A DNA stretch of 64,000 bases from an uncultured bacterium (GCA_963819815.1 CAWFXL010000001.1:832001-896000), one strand, 5' to 3'; positions 51,984-62,055 are shown, counted from the stretch's first letter. A program made the numbers and translations. Notes: a model not told the origin generated them from the letters alone.

Positions 51984-52018
51984 TCCTACCTATGATACCT
52001 ATCGTATCATAGGTAGGA
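51984..52018. repeat. 3' palindrome, copy 5
   Basis: TCCTACCTATGATAC-CTATC-GTATCATAGGTAGGA. Confidence 0.9.
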
Positions 52019-52225
52019 GCATTGGTGCCATGGACAAGGAAAGCTCAAGAGCTCTTATAACTCGCCCGTCTGAAAATCCCTAGGTGTGTGTTCTGCATCA
52101 TTACCGCCATCTTAGGGAAGCGACAAAATTTCTCCCCCAAATCTAGACTTTAACAAAGACTCTGTGTCACGCTCTATCTAGGAGCAGCGTCGGGAAAAAG
52201 AGTCGCTGCTAAAATACCGAGTCGA

Positions 52226-53452
52226 ATGATGAAAAAGATACTTTGCTTACTCGTATCTACAACCACCTTGATGCTCTCTCTTGGCATTTCATTGCAGGGG
52301 GGCACTATGTCCGCAGCACCTACCAAAGAAAGATATAGAGAACAATCTGACTACCCAAACTATGCCTGGAAGAGTTCGAACATACGGATTTCCCCAAAGC
52401 CCTCAAATACGGGTAAAGAAATCGGTATTGTCGAAACTCCCAGCATAAAGCCTCTAGGGTTCACCAAAAATGGAGACGTGAAAGTATTTCGGTTGACGGC
52501 ACAACCGGTTGAGCAGACCTTAACCGATGGAGCAGCTACGCACCATCAATTACTGCACGCCATGAAAACTATTCTTGGCATAAAAGCGTTACCCTCCAAA
52601 AAGAAACTAAACGCCTGGGGCTATAATGGCAGTACACCAGGACCTACCATTGAGCTCACGGTGGGGGATAAGGTACGTGTCATCTTTAGAAACGAATTAC
52701 CAGAACCGACGCTCATTCATTGGCACGGCCTTGAATATCCTCATGCCCTTGATAAATCTTCTGAAAGGAATCCCGTACTACCTGGAGAGACCCATGTGTA
52801 TGAGTTTACGGCCTATCAAGAAGGAACCTATCTGTACCACTCAGGCTGCTCTATTGCAAAGCAAAATAGATATGGACTCGTTGGTATGGTTATCGTTCAC
52901 CCAAAGCAGTATGAAGAACCTGTCGATAGACACATAGCTCTTCTTGTACAAGAATGGGCACTAAATTCACAGACACTCACCCCAAATACCGCGACAAATC
53001 AATTTAATTGGTTCACTTTGAACGGCCATGCTGCACCGAGCATTCCCCTTATCACCTTAAACCAAGGAGAGCGGGTGCGCCTCCATGTAGGATCTATGGC
53101 GCTCAATACCTATCCACTCTTTTTGCATGGCTACACCTGGACCCTCGTAGGAACGGAAGGTGGCCCCATTTCTAAGTCTGCTCAAATAAAAGGAGCAACG
53201 CTCCATCTTCTTCCTGGAACAACTCGAACGATTGAATTTACTGCATGGAACCCAGGAACCTGGCCTTTGTATGCTTTAACACGCCATCAAAGCCTGAGCC
53301 ATATGACCGATATCCCCTTAGAAGTAACACCTAACGGGGGAATATTTACTCTTTTGAAAGTAGAACCTACTGATCCCGATGCTCCATGGACACATCATTC
53401 AGAAGCTACAAGTGAAGAAGGCCGCGAATTTCCTCGCGACCTTCTAAGCTAA
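52226..53452 (+). CDS. Two-domain multicopper oxidase homolog with degenerate Cu sites
   Basis: WGYNGSTPGP, IHWHG, GTYLYHSG, PLFLHG, NPGTW. Confidence 0.85.
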   Translation: MMKKILCLLVSTTTLMLSLGISLQGGTMSAAPTKERYREQSDYPNYAWKSSNIRISPKPSNTGKEIGIVETPSIKPLGFTKNGDVKVFRLTAQPVEQTLTDGAATHHQLLHAMKTILGIKALPSKKKLNAWGYNGSTPGPTIELTVGDKVRVIFRNELPEPTLIHWHGLEYPHALDKSSERNPVLPGETHVYEFTAYQEGTYLYHSGCSIAKQNRYGLVGMVIVHPKQYEEPVDRHIALLVQEWALNSQTLTPNTATNQFNWFTLNGHAAPSIPLITLNQGERVRLHVGSMALNTYPLFLHGYTWTLVGTEGGPISKSAQIKGATLHLLPGTTRTIEFTAWNPGTWPLYALTRHQSLSHMTDIPLEVTPNGGIFTLLKVEPTDPDAPWTHHSEATSEEGREFPRDLLS

Positions 53453-53465
53453 CTAGGTTATGCGA

Positions 53466-53633
53466 CTATTTGCAGGAACCTGAACGGCAAGATTTGCTGC
53501 TTTGTCCACAATCGCAGTCTCTTGTGCATGTGCTACTGCTACATTTTTTACCACATTTAGCTGAAAGCATAAAAGTTCCAACTCCACTGCAGAGTAATGC
53601 AACAATGCATAAGGTAGAGATAATATTTTTCAT
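53466..53633 (-). CDS. Small secreted Cys-rich peptide (55 aa)
   Basis: AAGGAG RBS; signal peptide; KCGKKCSSSTCTRDCDCGQSSKSCRSGSCK. Confidence 0.7.
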   Translation of the reverse strand: MKNIISTLCIVALLCSGVGTFMLSAKCGKKCSSSTCTRDCDCGQSSKSCRSGSCK

Positions 53634-53770
53634 CTGGACTCCTTTATTGTAGAGAGTTACGCTGCACCCATATGCAGACCATCCTAAAGTACCAATAAAA
53701 CATCTCAAGCTCAAGTGGGTCTAAGAAAGCCGTGTCTATCAAATGAGACACAGCTTTCTAGATCGTTACG

Positions 53771-54745
53771 TTATGCGTCTGTAAGTATTTTCTTCATCGC
53801 AGCAATTGAACCGCCAAGTCCAGCCGCTTCATATGGTACTACGATAAGCTTATTATCTTTACCTTCCATAAGGGACGGTATCGTCTTAATATACTGTATC
53901 GCCGCTAAGTAGCTCAGCGGATCTTGACCTGGAGCCGCATTCTTCACTAAATCGATCGCTTTTGCTTCAGCCTCGATAACCTGAAGACGTGCTTCTGCTT
54001 CACCACGAGCTTCAATCACCTTCGACTCAGCGACACCGCGAGCTTTCAGAATCGCAGATTCTCGTTGCCCTTCAGCCGTCAGAATTGCCGCCTGCTTAAG
54101 TCCTTCAGACTCTAAAATTACCGCACGACGATCCCGTTCTGCACGCATCTGCTTTTCCATCGCAATGCGAATATCCTGAGGCGGATTCACTTCCTGAAGC
54201 TCAACACGAGTAATCTTTACGCCCCATTTGTCGGTTGCAGCATCAAGATTGAGCCGCAATTTTTCGTTGATAGCATCTCGAGAGACTAAACTTTCATCAA
54301 GATCTAATGACCCGATAACGTTACGCAACGTTGTTTGCGTGAGCTTTTCGATCGCCTCTGGCACGTTGACCACTTCGTAAATCGCTCTCTTAGGATCAGT
54401 AATATGATAGTAAAGGAGCGCATTCACTTCCATCATCACGTTATCTCTTGTGATAACATTTTGCTTTGGAAAATCGTACACGCGTTCTCGTAAATCGATC
54501 TGATAAAAAGTTTTGACAAAACGATGGTATTTACGATCCGAGCCTGCAAGCAAATAGCTCCAGGTAACATAATGTGGCCTCTCCATGAAAGGCACCAAAA
54601 AATGTATCCCCGCCGTAAGTGTACGATCATAGCGTCCTAAACGTTCAACGATAATGGCCTCTGCCTGTGGTACTAAATACACAGAGCGCACCATAAGAAG
54701 CGCTGCAAGCAGCACTATAACAGCTAATACAATCATGAGTATCAT
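53771..54745 (-). CDS. SPFH/stomatin-like protein (QmcA type)
   Basis: IVERLGRY, QNVITRDNV, TTLRNVIG, MEKQMRAERDRRA. Confidence 0.93.
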   Translation of the reverse strand: MILMIVLAVIVLLAALLMVRSVYLVPQAEAIIVERLGRYDRTLTAGIHFLVPFMERPHYVTWSYLLAGSDRKYHRFVKTFYQIDLRERVYDFPKQNVITRDNVMMEVNALLYYHITDPKRAIYEVVNVPEAIEKLTQTTLRNVIGSLDLDESLVSRDAINEKLRLNLDAATDKWGVKITRVELQEVNPPQDIRIAMEKQMRAERDRRAVILESEGLKQAAILTAEGQRESAILKARGVAESKVIEARGEAEARLQVIEAEAKAIDLVKNAAPGQDPLSYLAAIQYIKTIPSLMEGKDNKLIVVPYEAAGLGGSIAAMKKILTDA

Positions 54746-54760
54746 AGGACACCTCTTAAG

Positions 54761-55201
54761 TTATGCATTGTTTTCTAATTTCTTTACCGTAAGATGGGTA
54801 CCGGCACTACCTATAACTTTTACTACCGCACCTTTCTTAATGGGAGTATCATCATAGGGTAACGCTGCCCATGGTTCACCATCTACGAGTACCCAGCCTC
54901 GTGATAGCGGGCTTATATCTTCAGTCACTACACCCTTTTTACCATGCAGTGCATCAACGTTCGTCTTTATAGCCCCTTTTTGCTCAATACGTTTAACATA
55001 CCGTCGTAGAAGAGCAAAGGTAAGAGCTGAGATACCCAAAAATATCCCTCCTTGCACCATAGGTGCAACATCGTACCATGCAGCAAAGCCTGCAGCTAAC
55101 GATCCTATCGAAAACGAGAGGAAAAAGAAGTATCCGGGTGAACTTAACTCTAAGAGAAGGCAGAGCGCAAAAAAAAGGCCCCACCAAGCGAAAATCTCCA
55201 T
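54761..55201 (-). CDS. NfeD-like (YbbJ) partner of SPFH
   Basis: TM N-terminus; GKKGVVTEDI..GWVLVDGEPWAA OB fold; adjacent to SPFH. Confidence 0.88.
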   Translation of the reverse strand: MEIFAWWGLFFALCLLLELSSPGYFFFLSFSIGSLAAGFAAWYDVAPMVQGGIFLGISALTFALLRRYVKRIEQKGAIKTNVDALHGKKGVVTEDISPLSRGWVLVDGEPWAALPYDDTPIKKGAVVKVIGSAGTHLTVKKLENNA

Positions 55202-55530
55202 GACAAAGCCCTTTCTTGGTAAAAACATGCGAAATGTAACGTATCAATGTACTAATAGTATACCACATATACCAATAAATGCTAGTGAAAAATAATATCA
55301 TTCACTTGCCGCCCATAGAGCACTTTCTAAAAGCATATTGAGGCCACGCAACTTCTATACACTCTTTAATATGCACTTTTGGGCAATGAACATTGTAGGT
55401 TTTAATGGGGTTTAGACAACGCTGCTTGAACAGGAATGATAGTTTATTGCGCATGTCATCCAAGCTGGTATACATGCCACAATCTGAGAAAAAGCCATCT
55501 GCACTTATTTTCGTTAGATTAAATTCAAGA

Positions 55531-56838
55531 TCAGTTTTTCATTGGAGCAAGCGATAAACTGGCGTATCCAGAATTGCTATCGGGCTGAGAATGCAAGTCA
55601 GTTTGAGATCTGCTTGAAACTGCAGATATGTCATCATACTCAGATGGTTTAAGGTTTTGAGAATGCGCAACGACAATTAGGCCATAATCTGCTGATCTCG
55701 GATATCCACTACCTGAATCTTGATTCTGCTCTTGAGAAGGCGAGGATTCCTGCTGCCTGGCATACCATGTTCTCACATATGCAACAATACCAGCCATAAT
55801 ACTACATAAAACCAGTCCGCCACTTACAGCACCCCCAATAATCGCATAGGGAGGACTGCTTGCAGGAACTGCAAGGGTTGATGCAGTATCGGTTGTACTT
55901 GTAGTTATCCCATAAGTTATATTCGATGTTGGAGTAGTAGCAACAATTGAATTATTATTGATAGGCTGAGTGAAAGTTGCGGTCGGGGGTACACTACTTA
56001 TTGTTGATAAAGATTGAGTTATTGGGGAGTTAGAGCTAGGAATATTGGAAGCTCTAGTTGAGGTATCTGTTGTCGATGGTGATTGATTTGTTAAGGTTGT
56101 GCTGGGTATGTAAGCAGTAGGCCAATTAATTTGAATCAAGCCTTGTGCCTTATGCCCTGAAATATCGTCAAACGTAGAATTAATATAAATTGTGTTAAAA
56201 TAGCCTAGAGCTCGCGTTACGAAAGCGCAATGTAATATATGGTTTAATTCGTCCTGAAACCCGCCAGTAACCCAGCCAGGAGAATCGGCACAGGTCATAT
56301 TGCTAAATGTAAATGGCACTGTTGGGACCAGTCCTCCTAGAGGGCAACTGGATGAAATATTGCCGGAATTCGTATCCCTAAACACAAATGTTACACACGC
56401 CGTAACATCATTACCCACGGTGGTAATCATAGGTAAAAGGGGCACCATGGTATCATTTGAGGTGATATTCTGATAAAGATTCGTTACTGATAGAGCTGTT
56501 GCGCCAGGTATCTTGATTAGGGAGATCTTATTTTGCAGTGCCAAAAAACTTGCCAGCGTCTTTCCTGGATGCTTCCGCACAAATTGTAAAAATGACTTTG
56601 CAATTTTTAATCCCGCCTTGCTGAATACATAAAGAGATCGTAGAGCTTTCGCCCTATAAGTAAGAATCTCTGGAGATATAGCATCCTCCCCAGTATCACT
56701 TTTTGACTTTGTATGATATGACTCATTCTCAAGGCAACGAGAACGCTCAATAGAAGCTGCTGATAGTGATGTGAAAGAGGTTGCTATCACTGTAAACATC
56801 AGTGCTCGTGCGGACCATTCTTTCAACCAAATTGACAT
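55531..56838 (-). CDS. Receptor-like single-pass membrane protein, paralog 3
   Basis: MSIWLKEW start; GATALSVTN; PPYAIIGGAVSGGLVLCS; Tyr-motif tail. Confidence 0.8.
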   Translation of the reverse strand: MSIWLKEWSARALMFTVIATSFTSLSAASIERSRCLENESYHTKSKSDTGEDAISPEILTYRAKALRSLYVFSKAGLKIAKSFLQFVRKHPGKTLASFLALQNKISLIKIPGATALSVTNLYQNITSNDTMVPLLPMITTVGNDVTACVTFVFRDTNSGNISSSCPLGGLVPTVPFTFSNMTCADSPGWVTGGFQDELNHILHCAFVTRALGYFNTIYINSTFDDISGHKAQGLIQINWPTAYIPSTTLTNQSPSTTDTSTRASNIPSSNSPITQSLSTISSVPPTATFTQPINNNSIVATTPTSNITYGITTSTTDTASTLAVPASSPPYAIIGGAVSGGLVLCSIMAGIVAYVRTWYARQQESSPSQEQNQDSGSGYPRSADYGLIVVAHSQNLKPSEYDDISAVSSRSQTDLHSQPDSNSGYASLSLAPMKN

Positions 56839-57207
56839 GTTCTTCCTCAATTTTATCACTACTCGCTCAGAGTTTCCTAAATTCGGCAGAGATTGTCAAA
56901 CTTAGACCCTTACTTCGCGAGCAATAGTCTTACTAGTTGGGCTTTTACATCATGATGCTATTATTGGCCACTGCATCCTATTAGTAAAAATATTATTTCA
57001 AGTCACTATGTGCTTCTACAAAGCCTAAACTATTCACCTCCTTGCATAGCTCAGGTTGACTTGTCAGTAATTATAATAATTGGAGCGTATCCATTAATAA
57101 GTAGTCCTCTTGTAGAACATATCCTAAAAGTCGATTCATGCATTGTGAGAACCCACTAAATTGATATACTCAAAGCCATACATCAAGGAAACTCGAAAGT
57201 TTACGCT

Positions 57208-58023
57208 ATGGAACGTATCCCGGTCACCTTATTTATTCATGGCACTCTTCCCCTAGAACCGATTCTTCATCTACCTCCGGTCTACCGTTTTTTTCGCTGT
57301 CCTCAAGGCATTACCAAACTATCTGACCTTCCAGAAAGCCATACAACAGATTTTCTGACGATGCTGAGCGCCAAGTATCCTCAGGATTTTCCTAGGGATC
57401 ACTGTTACGCCTTTGGGTGGTCAGGTGATCTTAATCATACGGTACGAAAAGAGTCTGCCTATGAGCTTTACAAAGATCTGATCAAACTTAAAAAAGAATA
57501 TGCTCAAACGAATAATGATATCTTCTTACGCATACTCACGCATAGCCATGGGGGCAATGTTGCCTTGTGCCTCAAGCATGCCGCAGATACCTACGCAACT
57601 CCGATCCACCTTACCATCGATGAACTTATACTCCTTGCCTGCCCTGTGCAAGTAGAAACGGCCGATTATGCAAAAGATACATTGTTTCAAAAGGTATACT
57701 CTATTCATTCGCACCATGATATTTTACAGGTGATCGATCCACAAGGATTGCATGCGTTTCTGGAGTATCTTAAAAACTTTGGCCTTGAATTTACTCTTTC
57801 AAATCTCAAAGAGCTCGGCCCCCTGTTTTCTGAACGCCATTTTCCAAAGTATTGTCCTGTCGTAGAACTGAATGTTAAATATACGCACCGAGAACTCTTG
57901 CACATCGAGTTCCTTTTGCCAAAGTTTCTGGAATCTCTTCCTCAACTCATAGAGCGCATGAAAGAGCATACGGGATCTGATGAGTTAACCCATATATGTA
58001 CCGAAGTGCAGAATGTACCTTGA
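57208..58023 (+). CDS. Alpha/beta-hydrolase-like protein
   Basis: FIHGT, FGWSG, THSHGGN nucleophile elbow, LILLACP. Confidence 0.72.
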   Translation: MERIPVTLFIHGTLPLEPILHLPPVYRFFRCPQGITKLSDLPESHTTDFLTMLSAKYPQDFPRDHCYAFGWSGDLNHTVRKESAYELYKDLIKLKKEYAQTNNDIFLRILTHSHGGNVALCLKHAADTYATPIHLTIDELILLACPVQVETADYAKDTLFQKVYSIHSHHDILQVIDPQGLHAFLEYLKNFGLEFTLSNLKELGPLFSERHFPKYCPVVELNVKYTHRELLHIEFLLPKFLESLPQLIERMKEHTGSDELTHICTEVQNVP

Positions 58024-58175
58024 GATGAGGTCTACTCATTCAAATAAATCATCGGAGCATCACTTTAAATCACTCTTTAAGAATGCAATTGACCGACAGC
58101 TATAAAAGCTGCTAGTATAGCTAGCTTCGGAAGAACTTTACAAGCTCATCCAGAATAAGATTCTAATCCATCGTT

Positions 58176-58221
58176 AAAAAACTTCGGGAGCAAAGTACCA
58201 ATAAGGCACTCTGCTCCCGAA
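58176..58221 (-). terminator. Intrinsic terminator
   Basis: TTCGGGAGCA..TGCTCCCGAA hairpin with a T-run on the minus strand. Confidence 0.75.
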
Positions 58222-58246
58222 CACATATAAAGAGTCTATGAGAGAC

Positions 58247-58966
58247 TTAGAACCATTGACCTAATCTTCCAAAGAATGAAGATTCTTCAGATGGCACTCT
58301 GTCATACTGACGTCGAGCAACTTCTTGCTCTTCAGGTGCTGCTTCTTCTTCATCAACTTCTGAAGCATTGTCATCTTCTACAACAGGTGCTGGTACAGGA
58401 CGAGCAATCGTTCGTGGATTTCTTCCTGCATTTGCTGCACGAGGAGCTGGTTTTACTGTCATAGGAACCGGTTTAGTTACTGCTGGCTTTCCACCTTTAG
58501 GAGCTTGTTTGCCTTTAGCTGCTGGCTTGTCACCTTTAGCTGTTGGTTTACCACCTTTAACTACTGGCTTTAGACCCTTACTAGGTTTTGCTGCATGTCT
58601 AGCACACGGTTTTCCTTTACATCTTTGATTTGCAAGAGCTGCTCTTGCCATACCAACGATTTGAGCATTATTTTGAGCTCTACCTGCAAAATTACATACG
58701 CCATTTTTGCATCCGGTATTCTTATTTACACCAGCGGTATGGGTATGAACGTTATTACCTGCAAAAGCTTTGCCTCTTCTTAGATTGCGAGCTTGTGCAA
58801 ACTTAACGATTACGGCACCTCTTGAACACTTATTACGTTGAATATTTTGAGCTTTAACAACCTTAACAGCTTTTCTACTGCAATGGCCGTTGCGGCACGT
58901 TCCGAAAGCATTACCTAAGGGTAATACTACGACTAATGATAAAAGTATGTGTTTCATATAATTCAT
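58247..58966 (-). CDS. Secreted basic low-complexity protein with CxxxxC motifs and an acidic tail
   Basis: Signal peptide; CRNGHC, CKNGVC, CKGKPC; KP..KG repeats. Confidence 0.8.
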   Translation of the reverse strand: MNYMKHILLSLVVVLPLGNAFGTCRNGHCSRKAVKVVKAQNIQRNKCSRGAVIVKFAQARNLRRGKAFAGNNVHTHTAGVNKNTGCKNGVCNFAGRAQNNAQIVGMARAALANQRCKGKPCARHAAKPSKGLKPVVKGGKPTAKGDKPAAKGKQAPKGGKPAVTKPVPMTVKPAPRAANAGRNPRTIARPVPAPVVEDDNASEVDEEEAAPEEQEVARRQYDRVPSEESSFFGRLGQWF

Positions 58967-59086
58967 AAAATCTCCAAATTTAGAGTTTATTATTGTTGTT
59001 ATTTTACTAATATGAATTATACCTGAAAAAAAACTTTTTGCAAGTGCTTGGGAAAAAGAGTGTGTGACAGGGACAGAATACCTTAA

Positions 59087-60940
59087 TTATAGGACTATAA
59101 CCGAATAAACAGCCTCAAGAATGGCAGTATGGTCAATTCTATGGAACGCCAAAAGCTCATCGGGCTTTCCTGATCGAGATATTTCATTGACAGCCAATAT
59201 TTCTATATGTACTCCTTCATTACGCAAAGCATAGCAGATGGCTTCACCAAGACCACCCTGCCTGAAATGATCTTCTACGGTAATAACCTTATTGTGGGCC
59301 TTACGAGCCATGCGAAGAACCGTTTCTTTATCGAGTGGTTTTACACTATAGAGATCAATAAGGGAGACCTTAATGTTCCTTGCCTTGAGCTCTTCGTATG
59401 CCTTAAGAGCCTCAAATACCGTAATTCCCGCGGCAATAATACAAACCTGGTCTTCATCACTTTCCTTAAGAACGTTACAACCTCCTATCCTAAAAGGCTG
59501 GTTCGGCCCATAGAGTATCGGGGTATCCATTCTTGTGAGGCGTAGATAACTTATACCTTCTTCATAGGCAACTATTTTTTGAAGAAGAGCATAGGTACTC
59601 ACCGCATCAGCCGGATACAGAATAATACTGTCAGGCAGTGACCGGATAAGAGCTATATCTTCAAGACCCATTTGGGAAGGGCCATCTGATCCTATAGATA
59701 CTCCAGCATGAGAACCAACCAATCTCAAGGCTGCTCTGTCGATGGCTGCCATTCGTATCTGATCATGAGCGCGTGTAATAAAGGAGGCAAACGTAGAACA
59801 GATGGGAATGTATCCCCGTGCATAGAAGCCGATACCCATGCCGATCATATTCTGCTCAGCGACGAAGCTCTGTATAAATCGCTGAGGAAACTTATGTTCA
59901 AACATTTCTGCAAAGGTAGAATTTTTGACCTCGGCATCAAGAGAAATAATTCTTTCTTCAAAGGCTCCCGCTACTGCTAAAGCATCTCCAAAGGCTTTCC
60001 TCGTTGCCCGCTTCATCTCTTTAGTATAGGGTGCTGGAGGCATAGAGAGGGAAATTGATCGTCGTGCTTCACGATGATAAGGCTTTACATGTGGTGGAAT
60101 AAAGGTTATCTGAGATTCCTCCTTAAAACGGTCTGCCATTTTTGCAAGGAGGTCGGGAAGCTGCTCTTTTGAAAAGGCATGTCCGTGATAACCATTTTTC
60201 CCTTCGATGCCCTCAAGCCCATATCCCTTAATAGTCTTTGCGACAATAACAGTTGGCTTATCTGAAGTGCGTGCTTGTTCTAAGGCAGCAAGGATCTCCT
60301 CCATAGCATGGCCATCAATACAGATCGTCTTCCACCCAAATGCTGCCCAACGGCCTGCGTGTTTCTCCGCATTACGATCATCGATCGTTTCAGTTGTTTG
60401 ACCAAGACCATTAAGATCGACAAGAGCTATGAGATTAGTAACCTTATAATAGGCAGCAAGCTCTATTGCTTCCCACACAGACCCTTCGGTCATTTCACTG
60501 TCACCAAGAAGAACATACGTATAAAAGGGTATCTCTTTTTGACGGCTACTGAGTGCCATACCAAGACCAACAGAAAGCCCACACCCTAAGGACCCTGTAG
60601 CCGCTTCATTGTAAACAAATCGTGGCGTAGGATGGCCTTCGAGTACTGAGGTGAATTTTCGTAGGGTCATAAGTTCCGCATAAGGAATAACCCCCACCTG
60701 CTCCCAGGCTGCATAGAGTACCGGAGCTGCATGCCCTTTTGATAAGATAAAGCGATCATTTGAAGGTTTTGTAGGATCTGCTGGATCAAACTTCATCGCT
60801 GAAAAAAATAAGGCCGCTACCATATCAGCTGCTGATAAACAGGACGTTGGATGACCAGAGCCGGCTTGAGTGGTGGCCTCTAAAGACAACACGCGTAACC
60901 GGTATGCATAGCTTTTTAAACGGAGTAACTGATCATCCAT
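59087..60940 (-). CDS. tkt: Transketolase (animal-type subfamily)
   Basis: SGHPTSC, DRFILSKGHAAP, ATGSLG, LGDSE, DGPSQMGLED. Confidence 0.95.
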   Translation of the reverse strand: MDDQLLRLKSYAYRLRVLSLEATTQAGSGHPTSCLSAADMVAALFFSAMKFDPADPTKPSNDRFILSKGHAAPVLYAAWEQVGVIPYAELMTLRKFTSVLEGHPTPRFVYNEAATGSLGCGLSVGLGMALSSRQKEIPFYTYVLLGDSEMTEGSVWEAIELAAYYKVTNLIALVDLNGLGQTTETIDDRNAEKHAGRWAAFGWKTICIDGHAMEEILAALEQARTSDKPTVIVAKTIKGYGLEGIEGKNGYHGHAFSKEQLPDLLAKMADRFKEESQITFIPPHVKPYHREARRSISLSMPPAPYTKEMKRATRKAFGDALAVAGAFEERIISLDAEVKNSTFAEMFEHKFPQRFIQSFVAEQNMIGMGIGFYARGYIPICSTFASFITRAHDQIRMAAIDRAALRLVGSHAGVSIGSDGPSQMGLEDIALIRSLPDSIILYPADAVSTYALLQKIVAYEEGISYLRLTRMDTPILYGPNQPFRIGGCNVLKESDEDQVCIIAAGITVFEALKAYEELKARNIKVSLIDLYSVKPLDKETVLRMARKAHNKVITVEDHFRQGGLGEAICYALRNEGVHIEILAVNEISRSGKPDELLAFHRIDHTAILEAVYSVIVL

Positions 60941-61029
60941 AAAACCCCTTTGAGTAAGCCAAAGCTAAGTCAGCCTAGGCACTTCTACGTTCTCCTACTA
61001 TACTAAAGTGGTCCTCACCATGCTAGGGT

Positions 61030-61995
61030 TTGAGGAACTTTCCTATGTCTATTTTTATAGCAATCTACCGCAAGCTCAGCTATCTACGCTCCCGCTTCCT
61101 TATCTATCTTGATATACAACTCTTTCTAAGTCTCTGCGCCTGGCCCTTACTTGCTGCTTGGGGGCTCCCTTTTTCTCCCGCAAATATTCTGGGCAATCTT
61201 CTGTTTACGCCTTTTCTAAGCCTCTTTCTCTTTATTTCCTCACTTATTTTTTTCTGCGAGCTTTTTTCCCTTCCTCACGGAATAGTGATAGGAATCTTAG
61301 AAGGTATCACCTATGCATGGAGCATCCTTCTTACATTGGGAAGTCGTTCTTGGCTCTTCATCGGAGCTCATCCTCCTTTGTATCTTACACTCCTTTTACC
61401 TCCCCTTGGCTGCAGCATCATGCTCTTTCGTCCCTTTTCTCACAAGCATCGTATCCTCATGTTTACCCTAATCTATCTCCTATGCGGATTCCTTATTCCC
61501 CGTTACCGACATGAGAGAACCTTACTGCTCCCCTATGAAACACAGCAGCTCACCATTATACAATCTCAAGGGAAAACGGTACTCATCGATCCTGGAGTGT
61601 TAGGACGGCGGATCTCTAGCCCACAAAAGATACAGCACACCTTGATTCCCTATCTTATCTCAAAGGGTATTCGGTGCATCGATATCCTTGTCGTACCAAA
61701 GCCATCTCTCATGGTCTTTAAAGCACTCGGCGTACTTGTTGATACATTTCCTGTAACCGATATCTACCTTCCTTCCTGGCAAGGATACACCTTGCAGAAT
61801 GCGGGCTGGTCAGCCTGGGAAACCTTAGCAAGAAAGGCACAAGATCACAGGACCACCGTTAGCCTTATAGATGAACCGACAACCCTCGCCTGTGGATCAA
61901 CACATATGGTGCTTACTCCCGCTCCTAAGTATGCTAAACGAAATAAGCTGGTATATCATGAACTCATTCCTAAACTGAACCAAACTTATGCTTGA
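61030..61995 (+). CDS. Short ComEC/Rec2-like membrane protein with degenerate metallo-beta-lactamase region
   Basis: ILGNLLFTP TM motif; VLIDPG; LIPYL..KGI..ID; no HxHxDH. Confidence 0.55.
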   Translation: MRNFPMSIFIAIYRKLSYLRSRFLIYLDIQLFLSLCAWPLLAAWGLPFSPANILGNLLFTPFLSLFLFISSLIFFCELFSLPHGIVIGILEGITYAWSILLTLGSRSWLFIGAHPPLYLTLLLPPLGCSIMLFRPFSHKHRILMFTLIYLLCGFLIPRYRHERTLLLPYETQQLTIIQSQGKTVLIDPGVLGRRISSPQKIQHTLIPYLISKGIRCIDILVVPKPSLMVFKALGVLVDTFPVTDIYLPSWQGYTLQNAGWSAWETLARKAQDHRTTVSLIDEPTTLACGSTHMVLTPAPKYAKRNKLVYHELIPKLNQTYA

Positions 61996-62055
61996 ACCAG
62001 TACGGTAAGAGCTGGTAGACTAGGCATACGTTTAAGAAAAGGAAGAAGTGAACAG

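Noticed and set aside
22231..52018. Palindromes as MITE/IS ends or integron attC sites
   Set aside because: No target-site duplication, transposase, or RYYYAAC/GTTRRRY boxes; kept only as an unexplained structure.
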